A stretch of 58,861 nucleotides of DNA, filler included, from Sphacelaria rigidula (Eukaryota), in the NCBI GenBank assembly GCA_964200075.2. It is 10 parts of 10 records of this genome, joined end to end, with 100 filler letters (N's around TTAATTAATTAA, not from the genome) between each part and the next. Parts side by side here need not be neighbours in the genome. Positions count along the whole stretch, not along the records: positions 47,170 to 52,965 come from CAXNAA020024406.1; positions 53,066 to 58,861 come from CAXNAA020024407.1; 8 more parts are not named here. The stretch is one strand, 5' to 3'. The notes under the pieces were generated by a model, which worked only from the letters and a program-made list of their open reading frames with translations, did no database searches and had not been told where the DNA came from. The translations under genes and the position numbers were made by a program. Numbering within the stretch: the first letter of the stretch is position 1; the number at the start of each line of letters is the position of its first letter. Below, one piece after another: positions 47,730 to 58,861 of this stretch.

Positions 47730-49917
47730 GAAGCTAGAGAGCTACTGTTTCACAGGCCATTTTCGTTAAGCTCCCGAATGTCACTGATTCTCCCGCGGTA
47801 ATGGACGTCAACGACATGGCATCTACCTTCGCCAACGCCTCGCGACAGGCGGCCGCGGATACACTCCCTCGATGCCCCAAGAAAACCCTATCTATAGGTT
47901 TCAGTGAGTCATCACAAGCTCAGGATCGCCTCCAAAAGGCATGGGATCTCAGGGAAAGTGTATGGAAAAAACTACGAGCAAACCCCAACGACACTGTCCT
48001 GCAGAAGGAGCTGAAAGTGGCAGACAAGGCGTTCAAGTGGATGGAGGATGCTGAGTTGCAGAACTTCGTCCACGAGCCTACAGTCCGGACCACGGGCTTT
48101 GTTCGCAAGAAGCATCAAGCAGGACTGTACCAGCATATCAAGTCCCTGGAACTGGAAGGGAAGAAGCAGAGCGACTCAACCTACGTCCGGAGCGCGACTG
48201 GCGAGCTGTTACGGGACAAGCAAGCTATTCTGCAACGATGGAAGTAATGATTTGACACACTGCTGAACGCAACTTCGCCTGCAATTGATCACTCTGTCAT
48301 CGATCTCATCGAACAGCTGCCGGAGCACACACCCCTCGCGGCGGAGCCCTCGATGACAGAAGTAAAGCGAGCGGTGGGTAAACTGGCGAACGGTAAGGCC
48401 GTTGGGACGGACGACATCTATGGCGAATTGTCAATGCTCGGCCGCACCGAAGAATCTGCCATCCTGAAGGGCTTACACGGCATCATGCTCACGGTGTGGC
48501 GTCAGGAAGTTGTTCCACAAGAGTGGAAATACACTATCGTCAAGGTGCTCTTCAAGAAACAGGACCCATACGAATGCGGTAATTACCGCGGTATTTCTCT
48601 CAGGTCCCACGCGGGCAAAGCGGTGCTCAAGATAGTTGCGACTCGCCTCAGCGCCTACTGCAAGTGGAAGGGAATCCTCCCAGAACCACAACGCGATTTC
48701 CGACCTGGCTGTTCCACAGTCGACATGATATTCGTTGTACGCTGACTCCAAGAACTGACCGGAGATACCTTCCTTGGTACATGTGCTTCATCGACCTCCA
48801 AAAAGCGTACGACTCAGTGGACTACTCCCTTCTCTGGAAAGTTCTAGCACGCCACGATATACCTGCCAAGGTAGTTTCCATCACCCGCCAATTCCATGAC
48901 GGTATGTGCGCATGCGTACGCCTGGACGGCGGCGAGACATCTGAGTGGTTTAACGTAAACCAGGGCCTCCGCCAAGGTTGTGTACTTTCCCCCGATATTT
49001 TCAACATATTTTTCGCGGCAGTGATGACGGTATCGTTCGACCCCTTCTCGATCAATAAAGCGGTGGTGCAAGATTTTATCCGAATCGCTCACAGGGACGG
49101 GAAAACCAGGGACGAACTCAGTAAAGTGCTCTGGGCCATGCTCTATGCCGACGACGGTGGCATGGCCTCACGGTCTCGAGAAAGCCTGTCAAAGATGATG
49201 ACGGCCATTGTCGAGGTCTGTGCGGCATTTGGCCTCGTCGTGGTAGAAAAGAAGACGATCACCATGCACATGCGCTCCCCGAGCATGGAGGCGGATGCGG
49301 TCGAGGTGGAGGCAGCTGACCAACAATACGAGCAGGTTCAATCCTTTCTTTACCTCGGCGGAAAAACAGCAGCATCGGTGATGTCACACCTGAGATACAC
49401 AGCTGCATTGGCCAGGCCTGGCCGTGCTTCTACAAGTACAGCAAAGCGGCCCATGGCGTACGGTACATCGCCCTGACTACGAAGGTCGATCAGCCTCCGG
49501 AAGACTGGAGTGATCGAGGTGATGTTTTACGATTGCGCGACCTGGACGATCGCACACGGCAATTTCGGCGCATTGCGGGAAGCTTATCGAGGATTTCTGC
49601 TGAGGTGCCTCAACAAGCATACCTCCAGCCGCAAGACCCCTGACTACCATATTATGTTGTCGTATCACAAAGTCCTCGAACGAAGTAGCTGCGAGTGCTG
49701 TGAAGCCACCGTGATGAAACGGACCCTCCTTCACGCCGGCCACGTTGTGCGCATGCACGATGACCGCCTCCACAACATAGTTATGCGTGGAGTGATGGTT
49801 GGAGGGAAAACGAGGGTAGGCCGACCCGCAAGGCGCCTACAATATCGCATCACGGACTTCTGCTCATACTTCGGAATAAACGCGACATGGTGGACGCAGG
49901 TTGGAGCGCCAAGCTAA
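47730..49917 (+). mobile_element. Decayed, 5'-truncated non-LTR retrotransposon (RTE-clade-like LINE) reverse transcriptase
   Basis: Motifs [69 protein letters not shown] (~49141-49155), F.YLG and GHVVRM.DDRL..IV. Several stops and frameshifts; no endonuclease domain seen. The T-rich ~49920-50300 may be its 3' UTR. Confidence 0.95.
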
Positions 49918-50769
49918 GGAGTTGTTTGCTGTACTGCCTCTAGAGCTCCTGCAGTGCCGACCGAGGACCTCCAAAAAGTAACTTGAAGTCCATTCGGGCA
50001 GTACACTCGCTGCCGCCTTTTTCCGAACAGCTGTGGTGGTCGTCTATGAGGGTGCCTGGGGTTGTTTTTTTGTTGTTGAGTTGAACGCTGACGTGGTGGC
50101 CATGCTAACCTCCTTGTGTCATCTGTCTTTTCATGTTCTGTCCTTTACCATCTTCTCTCTTCCTTTCTTTCGGTGTACATATTTGACAGATCTGGCGTTT
50201 GTTTTTTGGTTTGTTTGTTTGTTTATGTTTTCTTTTTTTCTTTTCTCTTGGTTCTTGTGTTATGTATGGGAGTAATGCTACAGCAGGGGTACACAAATAT
50301 TTCCTGAGGTTAGAATTGTTAGGAGCCCTTTATCTCACGCACGCGGCCATTCGGCTACCTCGTAGAGGAATTTTTAAACACCATCCTCGGTTCCGTCCGT
50401 TTTGAAATCCCCTCTAGAGGATCTTGGGTATTCGTGATCCTCTAGAGGATTTTCACACACCCGTGGATAGATAGCACCCTGTGGGGCGCACTGTGCAGGG
50501 TCCATACAGGGTCCTCCACAGTCTTCATGAAAAAACCCTGACAGTAAAATACAAATCTGTACCCCTCGTAGCGTTTTGATAGGGTTTTCCCCAGGGTTGG
50601 GTTTACAGCCCTGTGTAGGCTTGTCGGCAAAGCCCTGCACAGTCATGTGGTAGTCTTCTAGTAAAAGACCCTGACGTTTTTTGTTTTATGAAAATTCCAA
50701 ATATTTTGGTACAAAACCTTTAAACTTTTCTATTTTCAATAGCTTGTCCTCTTGTCCGAGGTAAATTCC

Positions 50770-51700
50770 TCTTCACCCGATTTGAATCGGGCAAAAAGGA
50801 ATTTATTTTGGATAGCAGGACAAGCGATTCAAAACAGATCCTTTTCTCGCCCAATTTATTCCGGCAAAAAAAGGATTTAATTCGAACAGCAGAAGAAGCT
50901 GTTCAAAATCGATCCTTTTTTCGCCCAAATTTGAGGTTACAGGCACCCCAGTGGCCACCCGTGCCCGTTTCGCCGTAGTCTAAAAGAAAGTGAAAAAAGT
51001 GCACCTGTCTCAGAGCTTCTGGGAACGATTTTGACAGAAAAAGTAGAAAACGGTGGAGCGATTGAAAGGCCTGCGTGCGATGTGAGATGGACGCACGAAG
51101 GATCTACCGCCACGGCGAGGAAAAAAACGCCGAAAACACCATGCAGAACACTGCCGGGGAAGCGATGACTAATGTTGAGATAGCCCCCCCCACAAACATT
51201 GTATCGGAGACCGTCCAACAAACCGGCTGCAATCCCACTATTTGGCTCGTTTGCAGCATTTTCGCCCACATGAGAGACGTGTAGCGGTCCGAATTGAGCT
51301 ATAACGCCCGAATGAGTCGGGTCGTGCAGCACGAAACCAACTCTAATGGCATTAATGATCATCGCCTTCGTGCACTTTTTTGGCCGGTTCGGGGGGGGCT
51401 ATCTCGGCAGCAGTCTGATGCTCCCGAAACCTCCTGAAGGGGAATCATGTAATGCTGCCTTGTCAGAGCTTGAGAGAACGAAATGACCCCGTTTCGCTGT
51501 ACCCTAAAATCAAGTAAGCGCAAATGCTGGCCTCTCAGCTTCTGGGAACGACGGAATGATCCCGTTTCGCCGTGTTCTAAAAGCAAGTGAAAGAAGTGCA
51601 CCTGTCTGCAGGGCTCGCCAACGAAAAAAACGACAAAATGTATATTTGTTACAAGGTTTTTGGCCCTTCGGGCCACCGCTCAATGGAGCGATTGCCAAGG
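50770..51700 (+). repeat. Cluster of diverged ~70-76-bp direct repeats, interrupted by a MITE
   Basis: ggcaaaaa.gga.tt.a.t..g.a.agcag.a.aagc..ttcaaaa..gatcctttt.tcgcccaa occurs twice (50780-50930). cccgtttcgccgt..tctaaaag.aagtgaaa.aagtgcacctgtct occurs at ~50964 and ~51561, with a diverged copy at ~51488. Confidence 0.7.
51167..51415. mobile_element. MITE, 249 bp, same family as 32261-32512
   Basis: TIR GACT..TG..GAGATAGCCCCCCCC with flanks CGAT / TGAT (4-bp TSD with one transition). Confidence 0.88.
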
Positions 51701-51710
51701 CGAAGGTTAA

Positions 51711-51811
51711 CCCTTGGCCGCGAGGGTAAGTCACCTGCTGAATCGGCATCAACAATCCCTTGAAAAAATTGTGCGTGATCAAGATGTGCTACCTGCATCG
51801 CGGTCTAAGGG
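51711..51811. mobile_element. piggyBac-like MITE, 101 bp
   Basis: TTAA|CCCTTGGCCGCGA...TCGCGGTCTAAGGG|TTGA; homologous to the copies at 30120 and 30839. Confidence 0.8.
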
Positions 51812-54111
51812 TTGATGAAATGGGCATCAGCCGTCGCCCACATACAGGAGTGCTTAGAGGCGAGGATATGATTCTATCTTCTCTACATTCGGTGCTTGCT
51901 TCGTACGAATGAAAACAAATGGTCAGGCCCGAAAATCGCCGCAAACACCCCTTTCTAAACTCCAGAGAGAAACAACATTCTAAAAAAACAACGAACGATA
52001 ATCACAATCGCGAATCAATCACGAGCTTCACGTAGTACCGTGTGCTGTCCCCACCGCCTTCTCCACTGACAAGCCTCGCTGGTAAAACCAGCGCTGTTCG
52101 GCTCGACAACGGCCAGAACCTTTTACGAGTGCTTCAAAATAGTAGAATGAGTGCGATACTTCGGTATATTTCGGCCCATTTCAAGTAAAGAACTCGTTAT
52201 TCTATCTTCACGTCGACTGAGTCTGCCCTCTAACTTCGTAACGAGCGCATCTGTAAAGCCGTCACAACGACCATTATACCCAGACAACGTATTATTGCCC
52301 TTTAGTACCCTAAATTATGGGACGGGCGTGTGAGAAGGCCATCAGTCGGGGGTCGTCTTGTCACCTCCCACCCTTCTAGTCGCGACGCGGAGGTTTCGAA
52401 GGAAACGGGCACGGCATGCCAGACAGAATGCGTATCACGCTTCGAATCCTTCGTTTGGGATCATGCAGAGTGTGTATCGCTGAGAATCTGAGGGGTGGGG
52501 TTTGTCGCGGGATCTCGTACCATCGTTTTCACACGTCTACAGTGAATGCCTGAAGTGTATTGCACATTATTGCGTCCCCTCTTCGCGACGTGACTAGGAA
52601 CCGCGTCTCGCGCATTCACCTCCACCGCACGTGCAATCCAATTTGGTCACAATTTTCGAGTCTAGATCAGGTCAACAGACTGCACGTGATCGCGAAACAA
52701 GGCCAAGACGTCGCCTATCCGGATATTTTCGTCTGGGGGAAGTGAAAAATACACGACACTCCGGAGGACGCCCTTCATTATATCGACCATGTTGTAGAGG
52801 AGCAGTCTATCCACCTTATTTTGGTAGCTACCAACAAACAACTGAGGAAAATGTTGGAGCATGGCAAGGAGGCGTGTAAAGCAAAGGCGGCGTTCTACCT
52901 AGAAGCGGCGGAGACATGCCCATTTTTCTACCTCACGTGGGAAGCAACGGTCTATGATGAGGCCANNNNNNNNNNNNNNNNNNNNNNNNNNNNNNNNNNN
53001 NNNNNNNNNTTAATTAATTAANNNNNNNNNNNNNNNNNNNNNNNNNNNNNNNNNNNNNNNNNNNNACTGTTTCTCCCTCGGAAAGGGGCAAAAAACGGCC
53101 ATTTTTGGGCCGACTACTTTTCTTGCAGCCGTTCGGCGGCATGGTTCAAGCACGAGCTGCAAATTTTAAACACCTTTTCTTGACCTCAAAAAACGCCGTA
53201 GTGTTCATTAAAAAAAAACGATCGGACATCGTCAAGGGCCCGTACAAATTTAGGTACCTTTACTTATGGGACAGACGAAGTATATATATAGAGAGAGAGT
53301 GGTTCGTCTGTGCTGTGGACAGGGTACTCTGTAAATGTCCCACACCTTCGATATTTGTCAACAGTTGCAACAGATGAGAGATGTACGACGGAAAGTATAG
53401 GCCTATTGCAACTATTGACCATATATTGTTAAAGGTGCAGTATGTCTACTACATGCACACTTCTCGGAACAAAAGCAACATTTGACCCAAGTAGACGGCA
53501 TTTTTGGTTCGAATGGTCATGTCCACAGTTGGAGACAAAACACGCACAAGCAACAGCGAAAACAACAAAATTGGAGTATGGTCTATCTGCGTTGTGGGCA
53601 GGGCACTCTGTTATTTTCAGTGCGTGCACACTTCTCAAAACACCCACTACATGTGATTATTCAGATAGACGATGGAAAATAGACCCGTAATGTTGCATAC
53701 CCATTCTATCCACAGTGGAAACTAATATCTTGGACTCCTCCGAATTATGAAAGCGCAGGGGCGTGCGCCTTGTATGCCCTCATGTGGCAACAAATAAGCA
53801 ACTGAAGACCGATGCCACGACTGCCCTCCCTCAGAAACCTGGCTGTTTTGAGGGGGTACAATCTACATGTACATCACCGTGACAATCGCTGAGCACACTG
53901 ACCAACTGAGAACTCCCACGCTGGGGATGGTTCTCGTCACCATGACTCATATGAGGCGCTTCGTGCAGTCTGACACCAGCTACCATGTGCTGCATTACCA
54001 TTTTCTTCGTGGCTTTTTCGGGACTGGTATTTTGGGGGGGTCTATCGCGGGATGACTGTAAAGTTTAGTAAAGCCCTTATTGTATTATAAACTGTACCGT
54101 GATGTACTTGC

Positions 54112-54282
54112 CTTGGCATGGTGCGCTCGTTGGCTCATACCCGTGGTCCAATCATACGGATTCCGCCACATGACCACGGCGAGGGTATGATTCCTGTCGT
54201 AGCACGCCGGACACGGCTGCGTCGACCTGCACTTCCTTTCCCCATTCGCGATCCCCTCCTGCATCCTCGTCTGGAACCAGTG
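54112..54282 (-). CDS. Sulfotransferase-like protein exon with a 3'-PB-type motif (HWFQTRMQEGIANGERKCRSTQPCPACYDRNHTLAVVMWRNPYDWTTGMSQRAHHAK)
   Basis: 171-nt exon with caatcAG acceptor, in frame with the upstream exon to give WK|HWF. The h-h-h-h-x-RNP-x-D-W motif is typical of the PAPS 3'-phosphate site. The donor appears to be AAG|GCAAGT. Confidence 0.82.
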
Positions 54283-54996
54283 CTGATTGCAGAATACCGC
54301 CATTTAATGGCAGAATAAGTCCGTGATTTGCAGAAACCGGAATAAGAGAGACGGAACACAAGCAGGCAAGCAGGCAGACAGGCAGACAGGCAGACAGGCA
54401 GACAGATAGTTGGACAGACATGCGGCAAGGAGATGAAGAAGGAGGGGAGAAAGGGTGAACGACTAGAAACGGGGGAACAAGTATATCCTTTTTTGCATGG
54501 GCCATCTTGATCATCATCACACACGAGCGACTTGGATTGAGAAGACTGCCGAATCGTGTAGTTCAAAGAGATGATAGATACGGGAACACGTCCCCCTAAA
54601 TTTCCGGCCTTCCCCAACCCTTCGAATGCCACTGCTATATGTTCCGCTCTAGTGTCCAATCACAGTTCCTTGGAGGACGGTATTTGAAGGCGAAATGCAC
54701 ACCAACATGCGCCTCGGCGATCAACAGGAGTGATGCAAGACCACATATTTCAGTCAGAGGGCAGGGCGTGCAGCAAGAAGCCTTCTGTCATGGTCGAGGT
54801 AAAAAGGCATACTTTTCTCTTGTTCTGTACGCCATTTTGTTGAGTGTGTTGACGAAGTTGTACATGGATTTCCACAGGTACCGCTGCTGCCGCCATCACA
54901 GTTGCTATTTCTCTGTTCGAATATGACACTATGCTGATCGCCCTGGCTTACGCACCACAATATTTCAAACGCGCCGTATACAAACATATATATAGT

Positions 54997-55168
54997 TCAC
55001 ACCTTGGACAATATATGGTCAATAGTTGCATTAGACAAGAAATGTACTGCAGAAAGTATAGACCTATTGCGACTAATGTCGGCCGGCGATAGTTGCAATA
55101 GGCCTATATCTTCTGCAGTATACTTCTCATCTATTGCATATTTTGACCATATATTGTCCAGGGTGTGA
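54997..55168. mobile_element. Foldback (near-palindromic) MITE-like element in a sulfotransferase intron
   Basis: Arms 54997-55075 and 55090-55168 are imperfect reverse complements around a 14-nt loop. A related arm sequence lies at 53391-53437. Confidence 0.8.
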
Positions 55169-55728
55169 TATAGTTATGTGTATGCAGCAACGGCCTGCTC
55201 TGTGCACGCATTGCCTCTCCACCGCAAGGCCGTGTTTTAGCGAGCTGAGGAAAGTGAGCACGCGCCGTGAGATTGGGAGTGATTCTGGCGTTTTCCGTCT
55301 TTTTTTTCCTCCTCTTTTTCTTCCGATTGGCTGCGCATCAGCTCTCACCCAATCAGAAAGGACAAGAAACAAAAATCACCACGACCGCCATAATCACTGT
55401 CAACCCCACGGCGAGTTGACGCTTTTCTCGTCTCGTTAAAACGGGTCCTAGATAGCTAGTCCGAGACCCCCAAACAGGGGCATCCGTTCGACGTCCAGAA
55501 ACGACGGGTTACGCACGATTGAATCGACACATTTTTTGTTATGAAAAAAAAGAAGTGAATGCCAGACTTGGTTGTTATCGATCTGCGGACGCTCAAAAGA
55601 TTTAAATCATTCTGCAACATCCTTCTCTCACAACAAAGCAGTCGACATCCACTGCCACTTCAACAACCGCCGTGTTCACCACAAATACCGCAAAACTTGT
55701 GAACTCCATCAACCATTTGCGCGTGCAC

Positions 55729-55865
55729 CTTCCACGTGCAGAGCCCCGAAAGCACCAGCATGTCCTTCCCCCGAAAATATTTGCGCAAAAAGTTCACCAT
55801 CCAGGTAGAGCCGCTATGACGCTCCGCAATCAGCGATATATACTTGATTTTTCGGGGTCCTTCGC
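55729..55865 (-). CDS. Sulfotransferase-like protein exon with a 5'-PSB loop (EGPRKIKYISLIAERHSGSTWMVNFLRKYFRGKDMLVLSGLCTWK)
   Basis: 137-nt exon with a strong acceptor (ttttttttcttcgcAG) and an AAG|GTgcac donor. A beta-strand followed by ERHSGSTW fits the R-x-S-G-[ST]-T PAPS-binding loop. Confidence 0.85.
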
Positions 55866-56444
55866 CTGCGAAGAAAAAAAACGTGTACGAGAGAGGGACT
55901 AAACTAAGAAGGATCGACGCCAAAAAAAAAGGACACCAACAACGAGGATTTACAGAAAACAGGTGACGAAGCAACGCGGCATCGCTCATCACCACGGCAC
56001 GACGTTTTGCAGCTAAGGTTTGAAACGTGAGGGCAGAGGTTTCGGCAATAGCCGAAGTGGTACCTGCCTGTTTTCATACAAGTATCAACTATGGTGTGTC
56101 CAGCAGTCTTGCGCGATTTTTTTTTTTTTTAATTTCGAAACAGAATTTGAAATCGTTTTATCCCCTCGCGCACTGCTGTAACGCCCAACCCCAGATCTAG
56201 TTGCATGGGCTTGTTGATTGTGGTCTACATGACATGTTACCCAAGTTTCAGAGCATACCAGCGACGACAGCGCGCGCACGACCGTGCCTCCTGCCCTGAG
56301 CATTTCTACAGTCGATACCGGAATGACTTCTTCACATATTGTTATTATCCAGAGGGTGTGCCAGTACTGATCTATGTTCGTTCACCAGCACTGTACCTTC
56401 CTAGGAGATAATGATAGGGAAGTGAGTGCACGCCCATGTCCACA

Positions 56445-56830
56445 TATCAATGTTGTATATCGAACGGAGAAGAAAAGTTCGATACGATATTCTCCAAGTA
56501 TCGCCCTCAAGGCGTCGATACCGACATTGTTTTCGATACGCGAAAAATGACCCAATACGTATCGATACTCGATACTGATACTCGATACGATACGCTACGG
56601 CCGTTTTGGTGTGGACACAGCTTGCAAGAGCTGACGGTACTACACTGACACTAGCAGCCTAGCCCGGAGTGGATGCACGCTTGATTGTATGAAGGTACAG
56701 CAGCACCAGTGTGTGATTTGTGATTTGTTATCTGACATCGTAGAAGGGGCGGCACAACACGCGGCGTGATGCTTCGGTTTGACAAAAATGGTCCATCGTG
56801 CAAGAGGCAAGTCACAAAAGAGGTGTTGAT
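56445..56830 (+). mobile_element. Second copy of the ATATCGA-subterminal-repeat DNA transposon end; similar motif cluster at ~57530-57745
   Basis: Aligns with 5445-5797. Confidence 0.6.
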
Positions 56831-57256
56831 CACAACGCCAGGTGTGATGCATCGTACATAGTGTGTTGTTCAAGCCGGTGATATACCAAAGTGTATTTCG
56901 CGGCCACTATTCCGTCATATTTCGATCGAATTTGAGCATTTACCTCGGCTCTGCGCAATGTGCACAGCGAACGCGCTCATTATTCAATAACAAACGCGCC
57001 AAACCTCGAAACTGGGCGACTAATGATAAATGCGAATGCGCGCTCGCTTTTTATGTTCTCCACACCAAACAAGGTAAAAGTCGGCAGCATACGTCCAATT
57101 TTGTCAATGTCGGCTACACAACGAACTAAACTCTTCAGACACCTGAACGCCAAAGAGATAGGATTCCAAAGCTTGTAGGAAAAACTGGAAATGTTGAGAA
57201 GAGATGACCGTCTGCCCTCACACGCGAAATTCGGCGCCATCTCAAGGATCCGCTAC

Positions 57257-57398
57257 CTTCGCGGGTAACTCTGCTTGCCCGCTCTCTCCACTCTTGGTTG
57301 TGTGCAGCAGCAGCCGCCGTAGCAGGCACAGATACGAACGGTTCGGCAGAAACGTCGACCGCAGACTCTGCGCTACCGCCTTTCACGAAGCCGAAAAT
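57257..57398 (-). CDS. Probable upstream stem-region exon of the sulfotransferase-like gene (IFGFVKGGSAESAVDVSAEPFVSVPATAAAAAHNQEWRERASRVTRE)
   Basis: cgtcttcAG acceptor. The AAG|GTagcg donor gives phase 1, matching the next exon, but an alternative donor exists near 57223. The Ala/Ser-rich sequence resembles a type II membrane protein stem. Confidence 0.5.
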
Positions 57399-58861
57399 CT
57401 GAAGACGGCTCATGTTGCAGACCAGTGTGGTTCGCAGCAAGTGGCTGTGTGGTGTGTGGTGCGTGTGGTGTGGTGGGCGGCGGGGTGGTGGGCAGTGGGA
57501 CGATGTGCTGTCTACCCCCCCCCACCCCTGCCGGTAATATATATATCGACTAAATCAATATCCGATATTGATATTGATACGAATCGACGAATATCGGCTT
57601 GGGAAGCGGCGATATCGATAAGCCGTATCGACCGATATATGATATCCGATTTTCAACACTGCCACATATGCTTTCACTCACGGTGCCCGGAATCTGGGCT
57701 GCGACATAGCCGTTTTGAGAGCCTATCGACGGTATATCGATATTCGCTTGGTTAAATTTGCTCGTTGGCCGAAAGGAGCTGAAACTTGGTGCACATACTG
57801 CCTGTGTTGTGTCCAACTATTATATAATAGTGCACCAAGTTTCATGGTGGTGACTTTGCCCACAGTCGAGGAATGTACAAGCAAAGTTCACGTACAAAGG
57901 TGCAATGATTTTTGTATGCGGGCCAAGTGCGGGCAGTCACAAATACAGGGCGGGCATTCCGGTATTATTTTCTTATTTTTCATTTTCGCGCAAGACTGCC
58001 AGCAGCTCGCCCCCTTTCTTAAAGTTAAAAACCACCTGTGCGCACGCGGTCCAGAGAACAGTGACGGTACATGTTTTTCACGTCCAGGACCGATAGCTGT
58101 CCTCCCATGTACGCTTTTCCAGGAACAAGATGAAAACACCTAATTATACGCATGTACCGAAGTATTTTACGATTGATCAAAACGATTATCGACTGCCGAT
58201 TGACTGTCCCACATGACCACTCTTGCCTCAAATCCATAACGGCGACGAGAATGTCACGTACCCAGCCGTTACTCTGGCATATCCGATACAGGCTGTCACT
58301 TTCTAGGCTGTGATCTTACGGCATATCTCATCCTGTGCTTTGTGCTGTCCCACGGCACCACCTCTATACTGGGGGTTGGTCATGTCTGAACGTTGCGCAG
58401 CCATACTTTGTGCGGCGTGAGGTGTATTACTCCGGCTGGCGCTATCGCCTTTGGACCGTCTGTCCTCGTGGGTGGCGTTAGGGTTTCATGGAATGATATT
58501 GCATAGCTCCTGTCTTCTGGCATGGGAGACCGTTACATTGTTATTCAGTTATATTGGACCGTAGTGAAGTGTAGTTACTGACTGTAGTTGTAGTTGGGTT
58601 AGGCTGGTTGCGAAAGGCTGTCCCAGTCGTTTGTCGACCATTTTGCTAGTACATCGCCTGTCTGGAGGCTTGCAATCATGCCCGCCTGGTGTCTCCTACA
58701 TAGTCGTGCGTGCCTCGCAGCGTTTTCACTTCCTCGGTTACTGTGTTGACGTTTGGTAAGCGAGCGGGGGGATCGGTGTGAGCCGGGGGGCAATGGGCTG
58801 GACCAACCGCTGTTGCAGCTTTTTCGGGAATCGCCTGGCAGCGTCCTGGCCGAGCTTCTCA

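Noticed and set aside
24706..57398. Sulfate transporter plus sulfotransferase as a sulfation gene cluster
   Set aside because: They lie on different, unlinked contigs (5 and 10).

Overview
Not a contiguous locus. The window is ten unlinked eukaryotic contigs (one of 5797 bp, nine of 5796 bp) joined by an artificial 100-nt spacer (44 N + TTAATTAATTAA + 44 N), so it looks like a slice of a length-sorted unplaced pseudo-scaffold. Short GT-AG exons in long repeat-filled introns, a (TAACCC)n tract, many microsatellites and the TE types suggest a stramenopile, probably a brown alga (inference). Nearly all supplied six-frame ORFs are spurious. Reading splice sites by hand recovered four gene fragments, all on the minus strand: an ARID-domain exon (1911-2039), three exons of a coiled-coil golgin-like protein (19949-22841), three exons of an SLC26/SulP anion transporter (24706-27148), and two to three exons of a sulfotransferase-like protein with a probable GC-AG intron (54112-57398). 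Mobile DNA includes a decayed Ty3/Gypsy gag-pro-RT, a decayed RTE-type LINE, a second LINE remnant, a tRNA-headed SINE family, piggyBac-like TTAA MITEs, a GAC...GTC MITE family with 4-bp TSDs, a foldback hairpin and a multi-kb decayed element shared by contigs 2 and 7. I found no CRISPR array or intact novel enzymatic system. The best novelty candidates are (i) a 12-copy, hairpin-containing, poly(A)-less short element family with a fixed ...ATGAGTAC end, found mostly beside C/G tracts, (ii) a tRNA-derived SINE whose two ends are complementary, caught in a three-level nested insertion, and (iii) an SLC26 with Met in place of the conserved anion-site Gln.
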